DNA of 49,410 bases from contig CALXXH010000001.1 of assembly GCA_944392635.1 (NCBI GenBank), positions 1-49,410 of the forward strand, read 5' to 3'. The DNA is from an uncultured Clostridia bacterium. Lineage in GTDB: Bacteria > Bacillota > Clostridia > TANB77 > CAG-508. Below the pieces are notes generated by a model. It did no database searches and had not been told where the DNA came from. It worked only from the letters and a program-made list of their open reading frames with translations. Both the position numbers and the translations under genes were made by a program. Shown one piece after another: positions 42,095 to 49,410 of this stretch (the first letter of the stretch is position 1; every line of letters begins with the position of its first letter).

Positions 42095-44665
42095 CTAACC
42101 TCTTCTTGGTCTTCCTCTACCTCTTGGTGGATTTATAGCATGTCTTCTTCCCATCTCTTTCATTCCCAAAGCTTCTGTATAGAAATTCCATACATCATTT
42201 TGATTTCTTTCACCTGAAACATTTGCTTTTATTAACTCTTGCATACTATTACGTTTTTTATCATCAATTACATAATCTTTTCCATAATCTTTTGTAAGAT
42301 TTACAATGTCTATCATTTTTTCATGATTATTTCCACTTACTCCACCATGTTTTGCTTCCATAGTCAACCCTGTTTCTATTTGTTTTTCATCTGTAATTCC
42401 TGCTTTTTGATAATCAAAACTTGCTGCCATTAAATCTTCTGCCTTTATATTATTATTTCCTGTTTCTTGAGCTATTCTTCCTGCCATCTGTTCATATTTA
42501 GCTTGTTCATCTTTATTTCTCATAAATCTAGCTTTTTCTCTTTCATTTACTCTATTTGCTGCTTGTTGTGTTGCATAAGCTGCTCCATACATATCTTTAT
42601 CTCTGTTATACCTATATTCTTCAAGTTTATCTTCAGCAGAATCTCTAGTTCTTACAGCAAGACCAGCAACTCCTTCAGGCACATTTCCTGCTGCTTTTCC
42701 TATAGTATTTCCTGCTATTGCACCTGCACCAGCATAAGTTAAAGCTTTTGAGAAATCTCCTGAAGCAACACCAGCTGCTAAACCTACAGTTGCACCTGTT
42801 GCAATTCCTAAACCTCTAGCCGCAAGCTTAGCTCCTTTTAATCCATATTTGGCACCTTTTTTAGCTCCTCTTATTACTCTTTTCTTTGCATAGTCTAGTC
42901 TTCCTGCTCTTTGTGGAATATTTAAATTTTGAGTTTCTTCTTGATCTTGAGTTTGATTTTGTCCATCTCCTTGATCTTGTTGAGGAGTATTTTGATTAAA
43001 TCCTAATAAAGCCCTATCTTCATCACTTAAATCTTCCATGTTTATTTGACCATCTGCAATTTGTTCTTCTAAAGCCTCTCTTCTTGCTTGTCTTACAGGA
43101 TCAAAATCATCTCCTCCTCTGTTAGAATCATTTTCTTCACTATCTTGTCCTGTATATCCTTGTGTATTTACACCAGTATTTGCTCCATTACTTCCATCAT
43201 CACTTCCATCACCAGTTCCATTATTTCCAGCAAATGCTCCTAATAATCCTCTATCTTGTGTTCTTACTCTAGGAGATGTAGAACCTGATGCATCTCCACC
43301 AGCACTACTACCTCCTCCAGATTTAGTTTTTCCTTTACCTAGTAAAGATGCTACTTGTTTTACACCAGACATTGCTAAAGCTCCTCCAGCAAAAGTTCCA
43401 AATCCACTTGTTGTATCTGCCTTATCAAATCCAAACATTTTCTTAATAAATTTTTCTGCTGGTATTAAAAATCCTATTGCAACTAATGCATATATCATAT
43501 TTTGTTCAACTAAATCCATAGCAGAAGAAACTAATGCTGTATATAATATTAAATGTACTGGCTGTAAAATAGCATTCATCGTGTACTCTTTAAACCAGAC
43601 ATTAAATGCTTGTGCTTTTCCATCTCCTGCTCTATCAATAGGATATGTTAAAGCTACTAATGGTGCTATCATTGTAAAAAATGCCATATATAAAAATCTT
43701 TTAAAATACATAAATGTAAATATACAAGTATAAATAACTAATGCTAAATAAATAATTGAATAAGCTGCTGTAGTAGATACTGTACTTGATTGAGCATTAA
43801 ATCTAGCATATCCTATTAAATTTGTTCTAAATTTAACTTCATCACTAGTACCTGCATTAGCTGTAATTGTAATTCCATCATCTATAGTTTGAGCAAATAA
43901 ATCTGTAAATCGATCTGTAATCATTAATATACCTGACATAATAAAATGTATTACAAAAACCAAACATAGTGCAACCACCCAATCTTGTAGGGATTCTTTA
44001 TATTTTGCCTTATCAACAGATGTAGAACTAATTAAAATTCTAATTCCTAAATAAACTAATACTGATAAAAGACCAACTATAGCTATATTTCTAAATGATC
44101 TATACCATGTTGCTATCGTACTACGCAAAGTACTTCCTGCAGCTGACTGTGCAGCTTCTATAGCCTCATCTCTATCACTGACTGCTTCATAATTATTAGG
44201 TCTTAAAAAATTAACATCTAATGCTGCTATATTATTTGCAAATATATTTTCTGGTGAATATAGCATATTAGGAATTTCAAATTTTTCACCTACAATAAAT
44301 GAAAAAATATTATTTGTATTTATTTCTCCTTCATCATATGAAACATCCGTAGTTTCATCATCTGGAACATACAACCATGAAGCTTCATTATCTAAATTCT
44401 GGTTATCGAGTGATAGCATCGCCGAACCAAATCCATTTGCTCCCAGCATAAAGTGGTTCAAAGCACTCATTACTATGTCACCTAATTGAACAATTAAATT
44501 CAATAACTCCTTAAGTAATGTACCTATAAGACCACCTTGGTCTGGATCACTTTCTGCTGCATAAACTGAACTATAATTTGGTGCTATTGAAAATATCAAA
44601 ACCAATGCTATTAACATTACTATTATAATCTTCTGTAACAAGTTCTTTTTGGTTAAAAACTCCAT
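42095..44665 (-). CDS. VirB6/TcpH/ConG-like polytopic T4SS channel protein with long low-complexity C-terminal half
   Basis: Signal-anchor plus about 6-8 TM helices in residues ~180-420. Immediately downstream of virB4. C-terminal ~410 aa are Gly/Asp/Asn/Gln-rich and end in RGRGRPRRG. Confidence 0.7.
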   Translation of the reverse strand: MEFLTKKNLLQKIIIVMLIALVLIFSIAPNYSSVYAAESDPDQGGLIGTLLKELLNLIVQLGDIVMSALNHFMLGANGFGSAMLSLDNQNLDNEASWLYVPDDETTDVSYDEGEINTNNIFSFIVGEKFEIPNMLYSPENIFANNIAALDVNFLRPNNYEAVSDRDEAIEAAQSAAGSTLRSTIATWYRSFRNIAIVGLLSVLVYLGIRILISSTSVDKAKYKESLQDWVVALCLVFVIHFIMSGILMITDRFTDLFAQTIDDGITITANAGTSDEVKFRTNLIGYARFNAQSSTVSTTAAYSIIYLALVIYTCIFTFMYFKRFLYMAFFTMIAPLVALTYPIDRAGDGKAQAFNVWFKEYTMNAILQPVHLILYTALVSSAMDLVEQNMIYALVAIGFLIPAEKFIKKMFGFDKADTTSGFGTFAGGALAMSGVKQVASLLGKGKTKSGGGSSAGGDASGSTSPRVRTQDRGLLGAFAGNNGTGDGSDDGSNGANTGVNTQGYTGQDSEENDSNRGGDDFDPVRQARREALEEQIADGQINMEDLSDEDRALLGFNQNTPQQDQGDGQNQTQDQEETQNLNIPQRAGRLDYAKKRVIRGAKKGAKYGLKGAKLAARGLGIATGATVGLAAGVASGDFSKALTYAGAGAIAGNTIGKAAGNVPEGVAGLAVRTRDSAEDKLEEYRYNRDKDMYGAAYATQQAANRVNEREKARFMRNKDEQAKYEQMAGRIAQETGNNNIKAEDLMAASFDYQKAGITDEKQIETGLTMEAKHGGVSGNNHEKMIDIVNLTKDYGKDYVIDDKKRNSMQELIKANVSGERNQNDVWNFYTEALGMKEMGRRHAINPPRGRGRPRRG

Positions 44666-44680
44666 TTTTTCCTCCTAAAA

Positions 44681-46651
44681 TTAAATAGTACCAGCTGTCT
44701 TTCTCATTTTCACTAATTTATTTAAGTTTGTTTCAACAAATTCAAATTCCTTAGCAGTAGGAGTTATTTGTATAATAGCTGTATCAGCTCCTACTTTTAA
44801 TAATCCCTCTCCTTTTAAACAAGTAATTAGGAAATTTGCTTCTCCATCACTTAGTTTAAATACTTTTTTCAAGTATTCTATTTCTGATTTATCTTGAGCT
44901 AAAAATAATTTTGTATCTGATGATGTCAAAACTGCTTGAGCCTCTGGTTTCTCATAAAAGTCTTGGAACCTTTGAGAAACAATAGCCAATGATACATTTC
45001 TTTTTCTCGCACGTCTTGCCATTGTATTTAAGAAATCTACGGCTTCTGGATATGGTAACAACATCCATGCCTCATCTACCAAAACTCTTTTTTGTTTTGC
45101 TTTTGTTCTATCTTCACTATTTTTCTTTACATATTTTTCCCAAATCCAAGAAAGTAGTATTTGTTGAGCAAGTGGTCTTGCAAATCTTTCTTCCAATTGA
45201 GAAATATCCAAATTTATAAATGGTGCTCCATCTAATAATTCAAACGTAGATTGTCCATCGAAATATGCCATTTGTCCATTATACTCTCTTATATATTGTC
45301 TCATAACTTTAAGTAAATAACTAAAATGGAATTGGTAATTTGGATCTTTATTATCTTTAGCTTTTTGTTCTATTCTTCTATACCAACTACCTATTGTTGG
45401 CATATCTTTTTTCTCATGATATAATCTATCTCCTCTTTGGAAAGTACCTCCTGCCTTATATAAACTAGAAGGATCATTTGTTATTCCTATTGCTTTATAC
45501 TCTTCTGCAACAGATTCTGCAATTACCTGTTTTGTTAATTCATTAACTTCCTTACTTCTTGTACTTCCTCTTGCCATTGTAAGTAACGCTTGTGTAACAT
45601 CTTCTACTTTATTTTCCACATTTAAAACAATTCTTTCTCTTCCTGTTATTTCATCTTTTATTGTTTCTGGTTCTATATCAAATAAATTAATTACAGTTTT
45701 TGAATTTGGACTTAATGTAACATTAATTCCCCCTAAGCTTTCTGCAACTATTTGATACTCTCCTTCAGCATCTAATGCTAAACTCTCAATTCCCATTAAT
45801 ATAGCAGATCTTGAAATTAATGTTTTCATAGTTACTGATTTACCTGCTCCAGATTTTGCAAATATAACCATATTATAATTTGTTAAAGAAGGATGGAAAT
45901 TATCAAACAATATAGGTGTTCCTGTTTGTTTATTAAATCCAAGTGGTATTCCCGTAGGATGTCCCACCTCAGAAGTAGTAAATGGAAATACTGTTCCCAT
46001 AGATCTACTATCAAAAGAATGTTTTTTCTTTATCTTGTCATCCATTAAAGGTAAATTAGATTTAAATGCATCTTCTTGTATTGCCCATGCACTCTTTATA
46101 CCTACTAATGATTTTGACATCTCTGTTGATAATAACTTTGTTAATCTATCTAAATCATCCAAACTATATGAAAATAATGTAGCAATAATTGATGCATCAT
46201 ACATCTTATTAAATCCTGCTGCTATTTCATCTCTTAATTGTTCTGCCTCAAATCTTTTTTGTGTTAATGTACTTTCTCTATTTATATTTCCTCTGTCTGC
46301 TGCAACAATTCTTTCTGTTTCCAATTCATTTATTACTTTATTTAATTCATTTTGTGATCTTGCTTCAGCAATTGGTGTTATATATATTGATGTATTTACA
46401 TCTCCAAAGAAGTATAAATCTCTAAATAATTCTGGAAATGTACACATACGTGGTAATGTTGAGATAAAAAAGCTTCTTGCATATCTTTTTACATTAGAAA
46501 TTATTTCTAAATGATCTATCTTCGATGCATCAATTCCAGAAGGTGCAATTAACTCTTTAATAGTCTTTTTCTTTAAAACTCCTGGTTCTTCTTGTCTAAG
46601 CATTTGTTGTTTTCTTTTTTCTTCCTCTAGTTTCTTTTTTGACTTTCTCAT
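44681..46651 (-). CDS. virB4: VirB4-family T4SS ATPase
   Basis: Walker A AKSGAGKSVT, Walker B RVLVDEAW. N-terminal FISTLPRMCTFPELF... domain typical of Gram-positive VirB4 (TcpF/PrgJ/Orf16 type). Confidence 0.9.
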   Translation of the reverse strand: MRKSKKKLEEEKRKQQMLRQEEPGVLKKKTIKELIAPSGIDASKIDHLEIISNVKRYARSFFISTLPRMCTFPELFRDLYFFGDVNTSIYITPIAEARSQNELNKVINELETERIVAADRGNINRESTLTQKRFEAEQLRDEIAAGFNKMYDASIIATLFSYSLDDLDRLTKLLSTEMSKSLVGIKSAWAIQEDAFKSNLPLMDDKIKKKHSFDSRSMGTVFPFTTSEVGHPTGIPLGFNKQTGTPILFDNFHPSLTNYNMVIFAKSGAGKSVTMKTLISRSAILMGIESLALDAEGEYQIVAESLGGINVTLSPNSKTVINLFDIEPETIKDEITGRERIVLNVENKVEDVTQALLTMARGSTRSKEVNELTKQVIAESVAEEYKAIGITNDPSSLYKAGGTFQRGDRLYHEKKDMPTIGSWYRRIEQKAKDNKDPNYQFHFSYLLKVMRQYIREYNGQMAYFDGQSTFELLDGAPFINLDISQLEERFARPLAQQILLSWIWEKYVKKNSEDRTKAKQKRVLVDEAWMLLPYPEAVDFLNTMARRARKRNVSLAIVSQRFQDFYEKPEAQAVLTSSDTKLFLAQDKSEIEYLKKVFKLSDGEANFLITCLKGEGLLKVGADTAIIQITPTAKEFEFVETNLNKLVKMRKTAGTI

Positions 46652-47828
46652 TGTTATTGTCCTCTCCTTCCTCTTTTGAATTTTCTAACTCATTTATAGC
46701 CTCAACTGCTACATCTGGTCCAATATAATTTCTATTATCCCCTATAATTATTTCAGCCATTTGTTTAATTAAATCTTCTAAATCTCCTTCTTTTTGTTCA
46801 GCTTTTTGTTGCGCCTTTGATTTTACTTTATCAACAGTTTGATTTGCCAAATCTACTGCTCTATCATGAACTACTTGATCTAATGCCTTTATTTTCTTTT
46901 CAAATACATCTGGTGCTGTAGAATATAAATCATCATATCCAGCCCTCATAGCTTTATCAATTCCAAATGTTTCGGATTCATCTCTGTTATATGCTACATA
47001 TAATAACTCAATTAATTCTTTTGAAGATAATATCTTACCACTAATAGAACATGCTGACAAAGTTCTAATTATAGATTGTGCCTTTGTATATAATTCTGAA
47101 AAAGCCATATTCCTAATTTCTTCTATTCCATATTTTCCTTCGTCTGTATTTTCTTCTGCATAATAAGAAATAATAATATAATATTTTTTATTTAACACAC
47201 TTTTATTTAAACTCATTTTTTCTGTATCTTGGACAATATCTCTTCCATATTCAAGCATATTTCTTTGCTTTGTAAGTTCAAATAAGTATCTATCTAATTC
47301 TTCTTGTGTATATTCTTCAGAATTTTTCATATTATTATATTCAAACATCATTCTTCTATATCTTTCTTCAATCTCATTAACTCTAGATTTATAATTTGAT
47401 ATACTACCTTCCAAATTAATTGTTCTAGTTTGAATATATATTTGAATTGGATGTCTTAGTGTATTTAAAAATTGTTGGAATCCTTCTTCAACAGCTACCT
47501 TTTCCATATTAGACATTAAGTCATAATTTACTCCTTGACATTCAACAACCATTAAATATCTTTTCCCTTTTCTTTGAACAATCATATTGTCTTCAACTTT
47601 ATCAAAATCCATAAAATCCATTATTGATTGTTTTGTATATGAATTACTGATAGTACTTTCATTATTCAATTTCTTATCATTTTGTTTTAATTTATCTTTT
47701 TTTCCTTGCTTATTAGATGATGATTCCCTTGTTTTTAACACTAAAAACACAACAACAAGAATCATTAATATAAAAAACATTACTCCTAAAACTATTATCA
47801 AAGCATTTGATATAACATCCTCACTCAT
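46596..47828 (-). CDS. T4SS-associated membrane-anchored protein (410 aa), unknown role
   Basis: N-terminal TM ALIIVLGVMFFILMILVVVFLVL and a cytoplasmic alpha/beta-looking domain. 56-nt overlap with virB4, whose SD GGAGAGGA lies inside this gene. Confidence 0.65.
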   Translation of the reverse strand: MSEDVISNALIIVLGVMFFILMILVVVFLVLKTRESSSNKQGKKDKLKQNDKKLNNESTISNSYTKQSIMDFMDFDKVEDNMIVQRKGKRYLMVVECQGVNYDLMSNMEKVAVEEGFQQFLNTLRHPIQIYIQTRTINLEGSISNYKSRVNEIEERYRRMMFEYNNMKNSEEYTQEELDRYLFELTKQRNMLEYGRDIVQDTEKMSLNKSVLNKKYYIIISYYAEENTDEGKYGIEEIRNMAFSELYTKAQSIIRTLSACSISGKILSSKELIELLYVAYNRDESETFGIDKAMRAGYDDLYSTAPDVFEKKIKALDQVVHDRAVDLANQTVDKVKSKAQQKAEQKEGDLEDLIKQMAEIIIGDNRNYIGPDVAVEAINELENSKEEGEDNNNEKVKKETRGRKKKTTNA

Positions 47829-48192
47829 CTTTTGTTTCCTCCTTTTCTAGATTTTCTTTATCTCCTGTTTCATATACATATATTCTATTTTTTTGCATTT
47901 TAAATTTTATAGCTCTTATTATTACATCATCAATATTTTCTCCACCTGTACTTCTGGTTATATTAAAATTATTTGAATCAGGAACTTTAAACGTTCCAAT
48001 AATAAATCCTATTAAGGCAAATATAACAATGAAAACTATACCAACTACTCCCATTGATAATAAACTAAATATTAAATAAAATACTAAACCTATTGCACCA
48101 CCTATAGCAGTACATATTAATGCCTTAGCAGAAAATATAAACAAAATCCTTCCTTCACCTTTTACGTTTCTTGGTAAATTATATGTTCCCAA
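47821..48192 (-). CDS. PrgI/VirB3-like small membrane protein (123 aa from TTG 48192)
   Basis: TTG lies 6 nt after GGAGG. GTYNLPRNVKGEGRILFIFSAKALICTAIGGAIGLVFY followed by a second TM, as in the PrgI family. Confidence 0.6.
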   Translation of the reverse strand: MGTYNLPRNVKGEGRILFIFSAKALICTAIGGAIGLVFYLIFSLLSMGVVGIVFIVIFALIGFIIGTFKVPDSNNFNITRSTGGENIDDVIIRAIKFKMQKNRIYVYETGDKENLEKEETKDE

Positions 48193-48237
48193 ATGACTTC
48201 CTCCTTTGCATAAAAACTCCAATTATACTTATATACA

Positions 48238-48267
48238 ATTATACCAAAAAAAGTCGCAAATTGTAAC
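48238..48267 (-). promoter_or_regulatory. Candidate promoter of the T4SS operon
   Basis: Minus strand GTTACA (48267-48262), 18 nt, TGGTATAAT (extended -10, hexamer 48243-48238). Confidence 0.4.
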
Positions 48268-48412
48268 ATTTTTAGCAAAAAAAATTAAAAATAATGTATT
48301 TTTAATACAATTGTAATATCTCTGTAACAAATTTAGCCTAAAAACAAGCTTATTTCAATTAATTATACTTATTTTTAAATCATATTTTATAAATTTAAAC
48401 ATATAAAAAAAA

Positions 48413-48433
48413 GAGAGCTTTTTTTGAACTCTC
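48413..48433 (-). terminator. Weak terminator/attenuator after the VirB2-like gene
   Basis: On the minus strand GAGAG pairs with CTCTC, followed by T8. The stem is short. Confidence 0.4.
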
Positions 48434-48460
48434 CTTTTATAAAAAATTTTACTATATTTT

Positions 48461-48820
48461 TTATGCACTTACACCTGTAAAGAATTGGTAAATAACTTGT
48501 GCTAAAGCTGAAGCTGCAAATATTAATGCTGCACCAACTATGTATGGCATCATTGTCTTTTTGTATTCTGCTTTTTCTTCTGCACTACCCATCATATATT
48601 TAATACCTAAAACTATTAAGATTACAACAGATAGAACTATACCAACTACTTGTAAGATACCTATAATACTATTTCCTACATTTGTAATTTCAGTTGTTCC
48701 TTGAGTTGATGTATTACCATTCATATCTCCTGGCTCTAATGCAAAAGAACTTATTGATATAGAAATAACCATCATTAAAACAATAATACTTGTAAATATT
48801 TTTACCATTTTTTTGTTCAT
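48461..48820 (-). CDS. VirB2/TrbC-like pilin-type small membrane protein, paralogue 1
   Basis: Signal peptide, then two TM helices flanking the conserved GIKYMMGSAEEKAEYKKTMMPYIVGA. Own promoter and terminator. Confidence 0.6.
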   Translation of the reverse strand: MNKKMVKIFTSIIVLMMVISISISSFALEPGDMNGNTSTQGTTEITNVGNSIIGILQVVGIVLSVVILIVLGIKYMMGSAEEKAEYKKTMMPYIVGAALIFAASALAQVIYQFFTGVSA

Positions 48821-48890
48821 TTAAATTCCCTCCTTTTACTATTCAAAATTTATCTATAATGAAAATTTTAAAAACTACTTCATCTTTTTT

Positions 48891-48919
48891 ATTATAACAT
48901 TATATCACATTTTTTGCAA
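48891..48919 (-). promoter_or_regulatory. Strong promoter of pilin-like paralogue 1
   Basis: TTGCAA (48919-48914), 17 nt, TATAAT (48896-48891) on the minus strand. Confidence 0.6.
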
Positions 48920-48934
48920 CTTTTTATAAATTTA

Positions 48935-49291
48935 TTAAAAATTTTGTGCAAGTTTATATATAATTTGTGGTATCAATGTTCCTGTAAATAATAAGAAAGC
49001 TCCTATTAAATATGGTTTTAAAGTTTCTTTATATTCTGCTTTTTCTTCAACACTTCCCATCATATACTTAATACCAATTACCATTAGCATTATTACTGAT
49101 ATTACAGTTCCTACAACTTGTATTATTCCCAAAATATCCTCTGCTTTACTAACTAGTCTGTCTGCATTTCCAGGATTTCCTTTATAGTCATCTAAATTTC
49201 CTAGTCCTAAATCATCTGCATAGCAAATACTCGGTAATATAATTATAACACATAATACAAATATAAAAATAATTTCTAATAATTTCTTCAT
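48935..49291 (-). CDS. VirB2/TrbC-like pilin-type small membrane protein, paralogue 2 (118 aa from ATG 49291)
   Basis: ATG after AGGTGA. Signal peptide ...PSICYADD, conserved GIKYMMGSVEEKAEYKETLKPYLIGA. The ORF-track N-terminal extension overlaps paralogue 3. Confidence 0.6.
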   Translation of the reverse strand: MKKLLEIIFIFVLCVIIILPSICYADDLGLGNLDDYKGNPGNADRLVSKAEDILGIIQVVGTVISVIMLMVIGIKYMMGSVEEKAEYKETLKPYLIGAFLLFTGTLIPQIIYKLAQNF

Positions 49292-49299
49292 ATTATCAC

Positions 49300-49410
49300 C
49301 TACATTCCCTGTAACATTGTTACTACAATTTTCCATATTGCAAATGCTCCAAATACTACTACACATCCTACTACATATGGAATTAATAATTTTTTGGCCT
49401 CTACCTTTGT
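49300..49410 (-). CDS. VirB2/TrbC-like paralogue 3, C-terminal part only (runs off right edge)
   Basis: The frame ending at TAG 49300-49302 reads ...KVEAKKLLIPYVVGCVVVFGAFAIWKIVVTMLQGM, matching the C-terminal halves of paralogues 1 and 2. Confidence 0.5.
   Translation of the reverse strand, partial: TKVEAKKLLIPYVVGCVVVFGAFAIWKIVVTMLQGM

Larger units (their letters stand above)
35913..49410 (-). mobile_element. Gram-positive type IV secretion (conjugation) module of an integrated conjugative element, partial (continues off right edge)
   Basis: Co-oriented VirB2-like x3, PrgI/VirB3-like, VirB4 ATPase, VirB6-like polytopic protein, multi-domain peptidoglycan hydrolase and bitopic scaffold candidates. 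No relaxase, coupling protein or integrase in the window. Confidence 0.8.

Noticed and set aside
12965-47850. Antisense ORFs inside chromosomal and T4SS genes (e.g. 12965-13195, 13292-13486, 13912-14163, 15061-15243, 16427-16615, 19120-19581, 19860-20135, 20151-20543, 21212-21427, 21904-22281, 24125-24316, 27317-27547, 28829-29026, 29449-29784, 30915-31100, 31648-31842, 34818-35276, 36799-37029, 39832-40020, 40440-40825, 41255-41506, 42239-42742, 44989-45219, 46035-46514, 47587-47850)
   Set aside because: Each is fully embedded opposite a gene with clear family motifs, has no SD or promoter, and has low-complexity composition.

Overview
AT-rich chromosome segment (GC not computed) from a spore-forming Firmicute, probably Clostridia-like, as shown by spoIIR, spmAB, a GerM-domain gene and a clostridial-type abrB. 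The window splits into three blocks. (i) 1-12.6 kb is the right-hand part of a prophage-like integrative element. It carries a tyrosine integrase, a frame-disrupted ImmA-like gene, an XRE/Cro switch with reiterated GTGAAA operators, a DnaD-like initiator with internal iterons, and DnaB. It also holds an unusual translationally coupled cassette: Ser-rich membrane protein, Kv-type K+ channel, PspA-like coiled coil, then a sporulation-type sigma factor. The element abuts a tRNA-Arg(CCU) gene that stops after the anticodon arm. (ii) 12.7-35.9 kb holds housekeeping and sporulation genes (ttcA-like, phosphoglucomutase, UDP-sugar pyrophosphorylase, spoIIR, murA, rlmH, spmAB, abrB, rsmI, a giant acyl-CoA dehydratase activase-like fusion). 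These are interrupted by two paralogous COG1373-type AAA+ ATPase/PD-(D/E)xK genes, each with its own phased direct-repeat array over a near-consensus promoter. This block also contains a 650-bp gene-free tract with a 182-bp-period tandem repeat and two unannotated small-peptide loci. One of those loci has the full par/Fst type I toxin-antitoxin architecture. (iii) 35.9-49.4 kb is a Gram-positive type IV secretion (conjugation) module that runs off the right edge: three VirB2-like paralogues, PrgI-like, VirB4, VirB6-like and a three-domain cell-wall hydrolase. All calls rest on motifs and layout read by eye; no database search was possible.
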